A stretch of 64,000 bases of DNA from Bacteroidales bacterium (GTDB lineage Bacteria > Bacteroidota > Bacteroidia > Bacteroidales > UBA12077), in the NCBI GenBank assembly GCA_030637515.1, contig DAOWGM010000059.1:25441-89440 (forward strand), read 5' to 3'. A model generated the notes under the pieces. That model was not told the origin of the DNA. It saw only the letters and a program-made list of their open reading frames with translations, and did not search any database. The translations under genes were made by a program, and so were the position numbers. This document shows, in pieces, positions 56,486-64,000 of this stretch. How positions within the stretch are numbered: position 1 is the first letter of the stretch; the number at the start of each line of letters is the position of its first letter.

Positions 56486-56527
56486 ATATGAACAACTTTT
56501 TTTATTTTTAGTTTCTTCCTATCAATT

Positions 56528-57694
56528 ATGAAAAACCAGAAAAAATTTCAGTTAAAGAATGTCATTTCCATTTCTTTTGCCCATTTCGTGCACGATACTT
56601 ATTCTGCTTTTCTTGCCCCAATAATTCCTTTATTAAAAGCGAAATTAGGAATAAACAATACCCTGGTCAGTTTTATGTTTGTTGCCCAGCAAATTCCTTC
56701 TTTACTAAATCCTTTTATAGGAATAATAGCTGATAATTTAAAAATCAGATACCTTGTTATTTTAGCTCCTGCAATTACCACAATTTGTATGAGTTTTCTG
56801 GGAGTAGCACCTCATTATATTATTATTCTTGTTTTGCTTTTTGTAATGGGCTTAAGTAGTGCTATGTTTCATGTTCCAACTCCTGTGCTAATCAAGAAAA
56901 TTTCAGGCGACAGAATTGGAAAAGGCATGAGTTTTTATATGCTTGGAGGTGAGGCTGCACGAACAGTTGGCCCTCTGATTATTGTTGCTGCCGTTAATGT
57001 TTGGGGCCTAGAAGGAACATACAAACTTATTCCGTTTGGATTATTTGCATCACTGATTCTTTACTTCAGACTAAAAAATATAAATATTTCAGAGGATCTA
57101 AAGGGAAAGAAATCATTAGATGGAATTAAAACAACTTTTAAAGAACATCTTCCGTTCTTTATTCTTATTGCAGGAATTATGTTTTTCAGGGGATTTATGA
57201 AAACCTCTATTTCAAGTTTCTTGCCTACTTATTTAGATGAAAAAGGAGGCTCGTTACTGTTGGGCGGTATTTCTTTATCTGTTTTTGAATTTGCTGGTGC
57301 AGCTGGAGCTTATCTTTCAGGAACATTTTCAGATAAAATAGGACGATTAAGAATGCTAACAATAATTATTCTTGTTTCTCCATTTTTAATGCTCCTTTTT
57401 ATTTATTCAGAAGGAACAATGATGTTTCCTGTTTTACTTGTGCTGGGATTTTTCCTTATTTCATCAACTCCTGTTCTGCTTGCTCTGGTTATGGATATTG
57501 ACTCTGAGCATCAGACCTTTTTAAGTGGTGTGTTTATGTTTATTTCTTTTGTTTCTTCTTCAGCAACTGCTCTTTTTGTTGGTGTTTTAAGTGATTATAT
57601 CGGATTAGTTGCTACATATAAGGTTGCATCTATGCTGGCATTTCTGGCAATTCCGTTTGTTTTAATTCTTCGAAATAAATACAAAAAACTATAA
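56528..57694 (+). CDS. MFS transporter
   Basis: 388 aa, about 12 TM segments. The 'GIIADNLKIR' loop is typical of the MFS motif A region. Confidence 0.8.
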   Translation: MKNQKKFQLKNVISISFAHFVHDTYSAFLAPIIPLLKAKLGINNTLVSFMFVAQQIPSLLNPFIGIIADNLKIRYLVILAPAITTICMSFLGVAPHYIIILVLLFVMGLSSAMFHVPTPVLIKKISGDRIGKGMSFYMLGGEAARTVGPLIIVAAVNVWGLEGTYKLIPFGLFASLILYFRLKNINISEDLKGKKSLDGIKTTFKEHLPFFILIAGIMFFRGFMKTSISSFLPTYLDEKGGSLLLGGISLSVFEFAGAAGAYLSGTFSDKIGRLRMLTIIILVSPFLMLLFIYSEGTMMFPVLLVLGFFLISSTPVLLALVMDIDSEHQTFLSGVFMFISFVSSSATALFVGVLSDYIGLVATYKVASMLAFLAIPFVLILRNKYKKL

Positions 57695-60334
57695 TCTGGC
57701 AGCAACAACAACTGATTTTTTAAATTGCTTAACATTTCCATCCAAATCAAAAATTTCGATGTAAACAACATATATTCCTATTAGTGCTTTTTGATTTTTA
57801 TCATCAAGTCCATCCCAAGTAATAACACTTTCAATTCCCATTAATTGGTTATTAGCAAGATATCGAACTAATCTGCCTTTTGAATCAAATATTTTAATAT
57901 TAGCAACATATCCCGGCTCATCTAGTAAAAATGTAATATTTGTAACATCCTCAAAACCATCATTATCAGGTGAAAAAACTTCTGGATCAATATTAACCTC
58001 TTCTGTAATATCTTCTTCATCTAAAAACTGTGAATTCTCGTAAGCTGGAGTTGCAAATCCTGCCAATTCTGATGCTGAATGCCAATTTGTTTTATCAACC
58101 GATGATCGATTATAATTTATACGTTCTAACGAAACACCTTCGTCAGTTGCTAAAAGAGAAAATTGCATATCCTCATCATAAGATAGCTTATCAATAATCG
58201 TCAGAGACTTATTTAACAACAAAACTATTCCGTTATCATCATTCATTGATGGCAAATCCATATCAATAAAACCATCTGGATTTGAAGTGTAATATTGTTC
58301 TTTTATAAAACCTTCATCTTCTGTTAATACAAGATAATCTCCTGGGAAAATAAGAAAACCTTCATCTGTAATATGTTCAATTCCAGAATATTCTCCAGTT
58401 TCAATATCTAAGGTTGCGATTCTAAGATCTTTAATATCAAATATTTTTTCTGATCTATTATATATCTCAATAAAATCAGAACCGTCAGGTATCGGATTAA
58501 ATAAAATTTCATTTATAACTACATCGTTTTCTTCAAAATCAACCGGAATAGCAAATCGTGCCGTATTTTTATCTGCGATTTCGTTTCCTGCACAATCCAA
58601 AATTCCTCCACTTATTTCCAAAGTATATACCAAACTTGCACTAAAAGAATTTGTAAAATCAAGAGTTGTTGACTTATTATCAGGAGCAACAAGATTAACT
58701 GAAGTAGGATTTCCAATACTATGATCAACAGAATAAATTCCTGTTTGATTAACTGAGCCACTTTCCAAACTTTCATTAAAAAACAACAGAATACTATTTT
58801 CACTTAGAACAGTAATTCTTAAAAGTTCTGGAGAATCTAAGTCCGGATTTGAAGCGTAAACTGAATTTTCTTGTCCTGGCGTTCCTCCTGTTCCACTTTC
58901 TGAAGCAATCCAGTTATTTTCTTCACCACAAGGATTTAAAGGATCTATTTGCTCCAAGGACCAACCACCTTCAGATTTATATTCATCTTGATACCAATCT
59001 TCTGTATAAATTACTGTAGAAATAATATCATCTGACTCATCCTGAATAATTAATGTTTGTCCTGAGTTAGTAAGAGAAAGTGAACTTAAGGTTATTGTAT
59101 TCCCAAAACCCGAGAATTCAGATTCATCATCTTCGTCACAAACAATATAATATTTGTTTGATTTTACGATAACTGAAGGGAAATACTTTATTGTTGATCC
59201 CATTTTTAATGTCCAACCAGTTATGTTAATATCAAAATCTGAAGTATTATAAATCTCAAGATATTCAACTTCAGGTAAGCTAACAGCCGGATTAGGATCA
59301 GCCATAATTTCGTTTATTACAATATCGTAAGGCTGAGGAGTATAATAATGAAATTCTATTGTGGTAAGACTCATTGCATTACCTTCGATATCTTCAACAT
59401 CTTTTATTTCAATCTCATAAAACTCTCCATTCTCAATATCATTGTCGAATATAAGTTCTGCAAGCCTTCCTGTTTCATCAACACTTACCGAAGTGGGTCT
59501 TCCAATTCCATTATTTACCAAATAATTTAATGGGTTTACTGCAATTGTTGAATCTACTTTTTCATTAAACTCTAATTTTAAACTATTTGACGATAAAACA
59601 TAAAGCGAATCAACTACTGGAGGATCATTATCAACATAAATTTCTCCAGTTATAGAGATATCATCAATCCACAATTTTTGATCTCTACCTGAAGTATACT
59701 CATGATAAATTCCAAAGTAATCTGTAAATAAGTATGAATCCTCAAATCCAGAACCAACATTTGCTAAACTGTTAAAATCTCCGTCAAGATTATAATTAAT
59801 TTCCCAAACACCAGTAGCTGATCTTGAAACCTCAATTGCAGGCGCTTCTGTAGTACCTACATCCTGTTGCCAGTTAACTGTAGTTTTAAGAATCTCGCTT
59901 GCACCTCCTGAGGTAATCTTCCATAATTTTAAAGTATCTGTTAATCCTGTATAATTTACTCCCACTACATATCCATTAGCTGAGCCAGATGGATACATTT
60001 GTGTTGAATTAGCATCACTTGTAATAAATACACCCCAATTATTTGAGGAAGAAGGATCATAACCATGCATCAACCTAAATCTCCATTTTGTAATACCAGC
60101 ATTTAAATCTAATGTCACTAGTTCAACTGATATGCGATCTCTATCATCAACAGTATTATCAAATATATGTTGTAATGAATACGAACCGTTTAGAGGATCT
60201 ATATCTGAAGCTGCCCAACGGTCTGCTGTACTTTGGGTCCAATTAGTTATATCACCATCTTCAAAATCGTCAGTTAACTGGGCAAGTACAGTTACAGGGA
60301 AAAACAAACACAGAATTAATAGTCTTTTAATCAT
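57689..60334 (-). CDS. Secreted protein with two lamin-tail domains and a C-terminal beta-sandwich (FlgD-Ig/T9SS-like) domain
   Basis: Signal peptide 'LILCLFFPVTVLA|Q'. LTD signatures 'DIVINEIMADPNP..EVEYLEIYNTS' and 'DVVINEILFNPIPDGSDFIEIYNRS'. C-terminus 'FSPDNDGFEDV...GIYVVYIEI'. Confidence 0.7.
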   Translation of the reverse strand: MIKRLLILCLFFPVTVLAQLTDDFEDGDITNWTQSTADRWAASDIDPLNGSYSLQHIFDNTVDDRDRISVELVTLDLNAGITKWRFRLMHGYDPSSSNNWGVFITSDANSTQMYPSGSANGYVVGVNYTGLTDTLKLWKITSGGASEILKTTVNWQQDVGTTEAPAIEVSRSATGVWEINYNLDGDFNSLANVGSGFEDSYLFTDYFGIYHEYTSGRDQKLWIDDISITGEIYVDNDPPVVDSLYVLSSNSLKLEFNEKVDSTIAVNPLNYLVNNGIGRPTSVSVDETGRLAELIFDNDIENGEFYEIEIKDVEDIEGNAMSLTTIEFHYYTPQPYDIVINEIMADPNPAVSLPEVEYLEIYNTSDFDINITGWTLKMGSTIKYFPSVIVKSNKYYIVCDEDDESEFSGFGNTITLSSLSLTNSGQTLIIQDESDDIISTVIYTEDWYQDEYKSEGGWSLEQIDPLNPCGEENNWIASESGTGGTPGQENSVYASNPDLDSPELLRITVLSENSILLFFNESLESGSVNQTGIYSVDHSIGNPTSVNLVAPDNKSTTLDFTNSFSASLVYTLEISGGILDCAGNEIADKNTARFAIPVDFEENDVVINEILFNPIPDGSDFIEIYNRSEKIFDIKDLRIATLDIETGEYSGIEHITDEGFLIFPGDYLVLTEDEGFIKEQYYTSNPDGFIDMDLPSMNDDNGIVLLLNKSLTIIDKLSYDEDMQFSLLATDEGVSLERINYNRSSVDKTNWHSASELAGFATPAYENSQFLDEEDITEEVNIDPEVFSPDNDGFEDVTNITFLLDEPGYVANIKIFDSKGRLVRYLANNQLMGIESVITWDGLDDKNQKALIGIYVVYIEIFDLDGNVKQFKKSVVVAARL

Positions 60335-60417
60335 GAGTATATCGATTAAATATTTAATTTTGAAAGATACAAAAAATGATTTTGAGTATTTTTAAATAAC
60401 ATATAATAATTTTTAAA

Positions 60418-61407
60418 ATGAAAATAGCTGTTGTAGGAGCAACCGGATTGGTAGGAACGGTAATGTTAAAAATGTTGGTTGAAAGAAACTTCCCTTTTAC
60501 TGAAGTATTGGTAGTTGCTTCTGAAAAATCGATTGGTAAAAAAATCAGTTTCAATAATTCTGAAATTGAAGTAATAGGAATAAAACAGGCTATTTCCTTA
60601 AAACCAGATATTGCTATTTTTTCTGCAGGTGGAACTACATCCTTGAAATGGGCTCCAGAATTTGCTAAAGTTGGTACAACCGTAATTGACAACTCATCGG
60701 CTTGGAGAATGCACGAAAATATTAAACTTGTTGTTCCGGAAATTAATGCTTCGGAATTAAACAAAGAAGATAAAATAATTGCCAACCCAAATTGTTCAAC
60801 CATTCAGATGGTTCTTGCTTTGGCTCCATTACACGAAAAATATAAAATAAAAAGGCTCGTTGTTTCTACCTACCAATCGGTAACCGGAACAGGCGTTAAT
60901 GCGGCTGAACAGCTTGAAAATGAAAGGAAAGGCATTAAAGGAGAGATGGCTTATCCGCATCCGATAGATTTAAATTGCATTCCACACGGTGGTGATTTTG
61001 ACGAAACAGGATATACTTCGGAAGAAACCAAATTGGTGAATGAAACTCGAAAAATATTAGGTGATCAAAGCATAAATGTAACAGCTACTGTTGTTCGAAT
61101 TCCGGTTTATGGAGGACATTCTGAGGCTGTAAATATTGAATTCGAAAATGATTTTGATATTACAGAAGTAAAAAAAACACTTTCAGATTTTCCTGGAATA
61201 ACCGTTCAGGACGATCCAGCAAATAATATTTACCCGATGCCAAAATTTGCTCATGGGAAAGATGATGTTTTTGTTGGCAGAATTCGTCGTGATTTATCTC
61301 AAGCCAATAGTCTTGATATGTGGATAGTTTCAGACAATTTACGTAAAGGCGCTGCAACAAACGCTATTCAGATTGCCGAGTATTTGATTAAAAAGAATCT
61401 GGTATAA
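60418..61407 (+). CDS. asd: Aspartate-semialdehyde dehydrogenase
   Basis: 'MKIAVVGATGLVG', active site 'IANPNCSTI', 329 aa. Confidence 0.95.
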   Translation: MKIAVVGATGLVGTVMLKMLVERNFPFTEVLVVASEKSIGKKISFNNSEIEVIGIKQAISLKPDIAIFSAGGTTSLKWAPEFAKVGTTVIDNSSAWRMHENIKLVVPEINASELNKEDKIIANPNCSTIQMVLALAPLHEKYKIKRLVVSTYQSVTGTGVNAAEQLENERKGIKGEMAYPHPIDLNCIPHGGDFDETGYTSEETKLVNETRKILGDQSINVTATVVRIPVYGGHSEAVNIEFENDFDITEVKKTLSDFPGITVQDDPANNIYPMPKFAHGKDDVFVGRIRRDLSQANSLDMWIVSDNLRKGAATNAIQIAEYLIKKNLV

Positions 61408-61430
61408 TCCAGAGGTATCAATACTAATAT

Positions 61431-62624
61431 CTAATAAAGAAAATTATTGTAAGGATAACGAACTGCGTGAATCTCTTTAACCTTGTCGTAAATTAATTTC
61501 TTGAAGTTTTCAACATTTGCTTTTTGTTTGGCAGAGATAAATATACAATGATCGTTGTTTTTTGCCATCCAAGTTTTTTTAAGCTCTTCCAATGAATAAT
61601 TACTCTGAGTCTTCGGAGTTAAATCGTCATCATCTTTTTTATCAAAAGTATAGGCATCAATCTTATTAAACACAATATATGATTCAGTTTCAGCAGAGCC
61701 TATTTCCTTTAGCGTTTCTTGTACAACTTGAATTTGATCTTCGAAATTAGGATGAGAAATATCTACAACGTGAAGTAAAATATCGGATTCCCGAACTTCA
61801 TCTAAAGTTGATTTAAACGATTCAACCAAATTATGAGGAAGTTTTCGAATAAATCCAACAGTGTCGGATAAAAGAAAAGGTAAATTTTCAATAACAACTT
61901 TACGTACGGTTGTATCAAGTGTAGCAAAAAGTTTATTCTCAGCAAAAATTGCTGACTTGCTCAACATATTCATTATGGTTGATTTACCAACATTTGTATA
62001 TCCAACCAATGCAACCCGAATCATTTTACCACGATTCTTACGTTGAGTTGCCATTTGCTTATCAATCTTTTTTAATTGTTCCTTTAAAAGTGAAATTTTA
62101 TCGCGAATAATTCGGCGGTCAGTTTCAATTTCTGTTTCCCCCGGACCACGCATTCCAATACCTCCACGTTGACGCTCCAAGTGAGTCCAGAGTCCTGTTA
62201 ACCGAGGTAATAAATATTCATATTGTGCAAGTTCTACTTGTGTTTTTGCATGTGCCGTTTGAGCTCTTTTTGCAAATATATCGAGTATTAAATTCGTTCT
62301 ATCAATTATCTTACACCTAAGAACTTTTTCAATATTACGAAGTTGTGTTGGCGACAAATCATCATCAAAAATAACCATATCAATATCATTATCCTTAACG
62401 TAATATTCTACTTCTTCAAGTTTCCCTTCGCCAATAAATGTACGTGCATTTGGAATGTTTACCTTTTGAGTAAATTGCTTTACGGGAATAGCTCCAGCTG
62501 TTTCCGTAAGAAAAGCCAGCTCTTCGAGGTATTCTTGTACTTGTTCTGAGTTTTGTTCTTTATTTATTACTCCAACCAACACTGCCTTTTCGGGCTCAAT
62601 CGCTGTATTAATATTTTTGGGCAT
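61431..62624 (-). CDS. hflX: GTPase HflX
   Basis: HflX N-domain plus G1 'LVGYTNVGKST', G3 'DTVGF', 'NKID'. Confidence 0.95.
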   Translation of the reverse strand: MPKNINTAIEPEKAVLVGVINKEQNSEQVQEYLEELAFLTETAGAIPVKQFTQKVNIPNARTFIGEGKLEEVEYYVKDNDIDMVIFDDDLSPTQLRNIEKVLRCKIIDRTNLILDIFAKRAQTAHAKTQVELAQYEYLLPRLTGLWTHLERQRGGIGMRGPGETEIETDRRIIRDKISLLKEQLKKIDKQMATQRKNRGKMIRVALVGYTNVGKSTIMNMLSKSAIFAENKLFATLDTTVRKVVIENLPFLLSDTVGFIRKLPHNLVESFKSTLDEVRESDILLHVVDISHPNFEDQIQVVQETLKEIGSAETESYIVFNKIDAYTFDKKDDDDLTPKTQSNYSLEELKKTWMAKNNDHCIFISAKQKANVENFKKLIYDKVKEIHAVRYPYNNFLY

Positions 62625-62703
62625 CTTTCTATTTTCGATTGTTAATTAAAAAATGTGTTTGCAAAGGTAATAAATTTGCAATTAGGTTATATAGCAAATA
62701 AAA

Positions 62704-62735
62704 AAAGCTGCATCCAGTTTATTGGATGCAGCTTT
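62704..62735 (-). terminator. Rho-independent terminator of the TonB-like gene
   Basis: 13-bp stem AAAGCTGCATCCA/TGGATGCAGCTTT, followed on the minus strand by a U-run. Confidence 0.8.
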
Positions 62736-62754
62736 CATTAACTTAAACTTTTGT

Positions 62755-63426
62755 TTATTGTAATTCGAATGATATTATTATTCCATACATTGCTCTTACA
62801 TTTTTACCCGCTTGAATTGCCGGCTCCCATTTTGGCGAATTTTGAATAACTCGTAATACTTCTTTGTCAATTGAAGAATGTACTCCACGCAATATTTTAA
62901 TTTGTGACAACGAACCGTCTAAATCAACAACAAACTGAGCTTGAACTTTACCTGTTAAACCATTTTCTTGAGCATCAACAGGGAACTTAATATTATCAAT
63001 GATATATTTTCTAAAGGCATTATCGTCTTTCCCCATAAATTTTGGATACTCTTCAACCTTATAATAAATTGGCTCTTCAACCACTTCTTCAGGCTCTTTA
63101 AAATCAATTATCTCAATTGCATCTCCTTCTCCTATTTCAGAGATTAAAAGACTTAAATCAACTTCAGGAACTTCAAATTCATCCGGAGTAATTTCAAATT
63201 TTGGCACTTTAACCTTTTTAGGTACTTCAGCTTTTGGCCTTGTTACCGGAGGTAAAATACATAAATCATCATAGTTGGTATTAATAATGTATTCTTTTGG
63301 AATTTCAACATTTGATTTCCATTCAAATGCAGCTAGAATTACTGAGAGGGCAATCACCAGACCTATTTGTATAAAAATAGTCCGTAAATTTTCGAGGTTT
63401 GCTCTTTTCGATTTTTTTGCTTTCAT
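62755..63426 (-). CDS. Energy transducer TonB-like protein
   Basis: N-terminal TM, Pro/Glu/Lys-rich spacer 'PKAEVPKKVKVPKFEITPDEFEVPEV', TonB_C-like 'LTGKVQAQFVVDLDGSLSQIKILRG'. I prefer the ATG at 63426. Confidence 0.75.
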   Translation of the reverse strand: MKAKKSKRANLENLRTIFIQIGLVIALSVILAAFEWKSNVEIPKEYIINTNYDDLCILPPVTRPKAEVPKKVKVPKFEITPDEFEVPEVDLSLLISEIGEGDAIEIIDFKEPEEVVEEPIYYKVEEYPKFMGKDDNAFRKYIIDNIKFPVDAQENGLTGKVQAQFVVDLDGSLSQIKILRGVHSSIDKEVLRVIQNSPKWEPAIQAGKNVRAMYGIIISFELQ

Positions 63427-63624
63427 GGTATCAGGGTTTAAGGTTAAACATTTCTTTCCCACAAATTTTCGCTAAAAGCCGGCTTTGTTATATTATACGT
63501 TTTATAACAGAAAAGATTGTTGATTTAACTTTTTTTAACGAAAATCTTTTTCTCTTAACTTTAAAATTAAATGGGTAATTAAAACACCTTATTATAATCA
63601 ATAAAATAAAAATTTAAAAAACAT

Positions 63625-63642
63625 TTGGAATATTCATTCCAA
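63625..63642. promoter_or_regulatory. Inverted repeat TTGGAAT-ATTC-ATTCCAA (candidate TetR operator)
   Basis: 7-bp arms, read directly. It lies about 18-35 nt upstream of the TetR-family GTG start, overlapping the promoter region. Confidence 0.4.
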
Positions 63643-63647
63643 GTTAT

Positions 63648-63655
63648 TATGTTTG
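63648..63655 (+). promoter_or_regulatory. -7 box (TATGTTTG) immediately upstream of the TetR gene
   Basis: TAnnTTTG ends 4 nt before the GTG at 63660, which implies a leaderless or nearly leaderless mRNA. Confidence 0.4.
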
Positions 63656-63659
63656 CATC

Positions 63660-64000
63660 GTGAATAAAAAAGACAACATATTAAAAGCTGCATTAAAGTT
63701 ATTTGTGGAGCAAGGAGAACAAGCCTCCTCAATGAAATGGATTGCTAAAGAAGCAAAATGTGGAATAGGAACAATGTATAATTATTTCCAATCGAAAGAT
63801 GAATTAATTAATGAGCTATATGTTGAAATAAAAACCAAACTATTTACTAATATTCTTGAAGAACTAAATCATAGTGCTCCGGTAAAACAGCAATTTGTAG
63901 AAACATGGCTTAAGGCAATGAATTTTGCAGTATCTAATCCCTTAGAATACACATTTCTGGAAATATTTTCACATTCACCAAAAATATCAAAACAAGCATC
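63660..64000 (+). CDS. TetR/AcrR family transcriptional regulator (3' end cut by window edge; not in ORF track)
   Basis: Hand translation from the GTG: MNKKDNILKAALKLFVEQGEQASSMKWIAKEAKCGIGTMYNYFQSKDELINELY..., the classic TetR N-terminal HTH. Confidence 0.75.
   Translation, partial: MNKKDNILKAALKLFVEQGEQASSMKWIAKEAKCGIGTMYNYFQSKDELINELYVEIKTKLFTNILEELNHSAPVKQQFVETWLKAMNFAVSNPLEYTFLEIFSHSPKISKQA

Noticed and set aside
60354-60803. 149-aa minus-strand ORF overlapping the start of asd
   Set aside because: It is antisense to a clearly conserved asd N-terminus (MKIAVVGATGLVG) and has no recognisable motifs.
1-64000. tRNA, rRNA, CRISPR arrays, transposases, integrases, prophage genes
   Set aside because: None seen. 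Intergenic regions are short and AT-rich, without tRNA-like GC-rich cloverleaf segments. No repeat-spacer periodicity and no recombinase-like translations appear in the ORF track.

Overview
AT-rich (about one-third G+C by eye) chromosomal segment that looks like Bacteroidota. Evidence: ftsX-DUF3098-uppP-truB-queA synteny, several T9SS-type C-terminal sorting domains, and recurrent TAnnTTTG '-7' promoter boxes in front of genes. All family calls come from reading motifs in the translations; no searches were run.

Most of the window is housekeeping:
- purD, rplM-rpsI-rpsB-tsf, queA, truB, uppP, ftsX
- glyQS, nadB, lpxK, a purine nucleoside phosphorylase, asd, hflX
- a TonB-like protein, mpg and a nucleoside deaminase

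Accessory content is interleaved with it:
1. At 11.35-17.33 kb, a lasso-peptide biosynthetic gene cluster. It has split B1 (PqqD) and B2 (transglutaminase-like peptidase), an Asn-synthetase-like cyclase, an HprK-like kinase, a PF00685-type sulfotransferase and a PF14907-type nucleotidyltransferase. A 50-codon candidate precursor ORF at 11354..11506 (-) falls below the ORF-track length cutoff; it ends in Ser and carries a WxxPxL leader motif. This is the most interesting system here. The kinase + nucleotidyltransferase + sulfotransferase combination and the ambiguous ring geometry of the predicted core are, to my knowledge, uncharacterised.
2. At 36.8-47.6 kb, a glycan biosynthesis/decoration locus: two GT4 enzymes, a second sulfotransferase, an FkbM methyltransferase, an SGNH hydrolase, two deacetylase-like proteins, a Wzx flippase and two unknowns.
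3. At the left edge, a SiaB/SiaC-like partner-switching pair next to an unusual 1022-aa TerB-ABC(G-like) fusion transporter.
4. Three large secreted proteins: an SBBP/SprB-repeat protein, a C25 gingipain-like peptidase with PKD and GEVED modules, and a lamin-tail-domain protein.
5. A 46-codon orphan fragment of a family-4 uracil-DNA glycosylase next to a cadherin/LamG lipoprotein.

I saw no rRNA, tRNA, CRISPR array, transposase or integrase.
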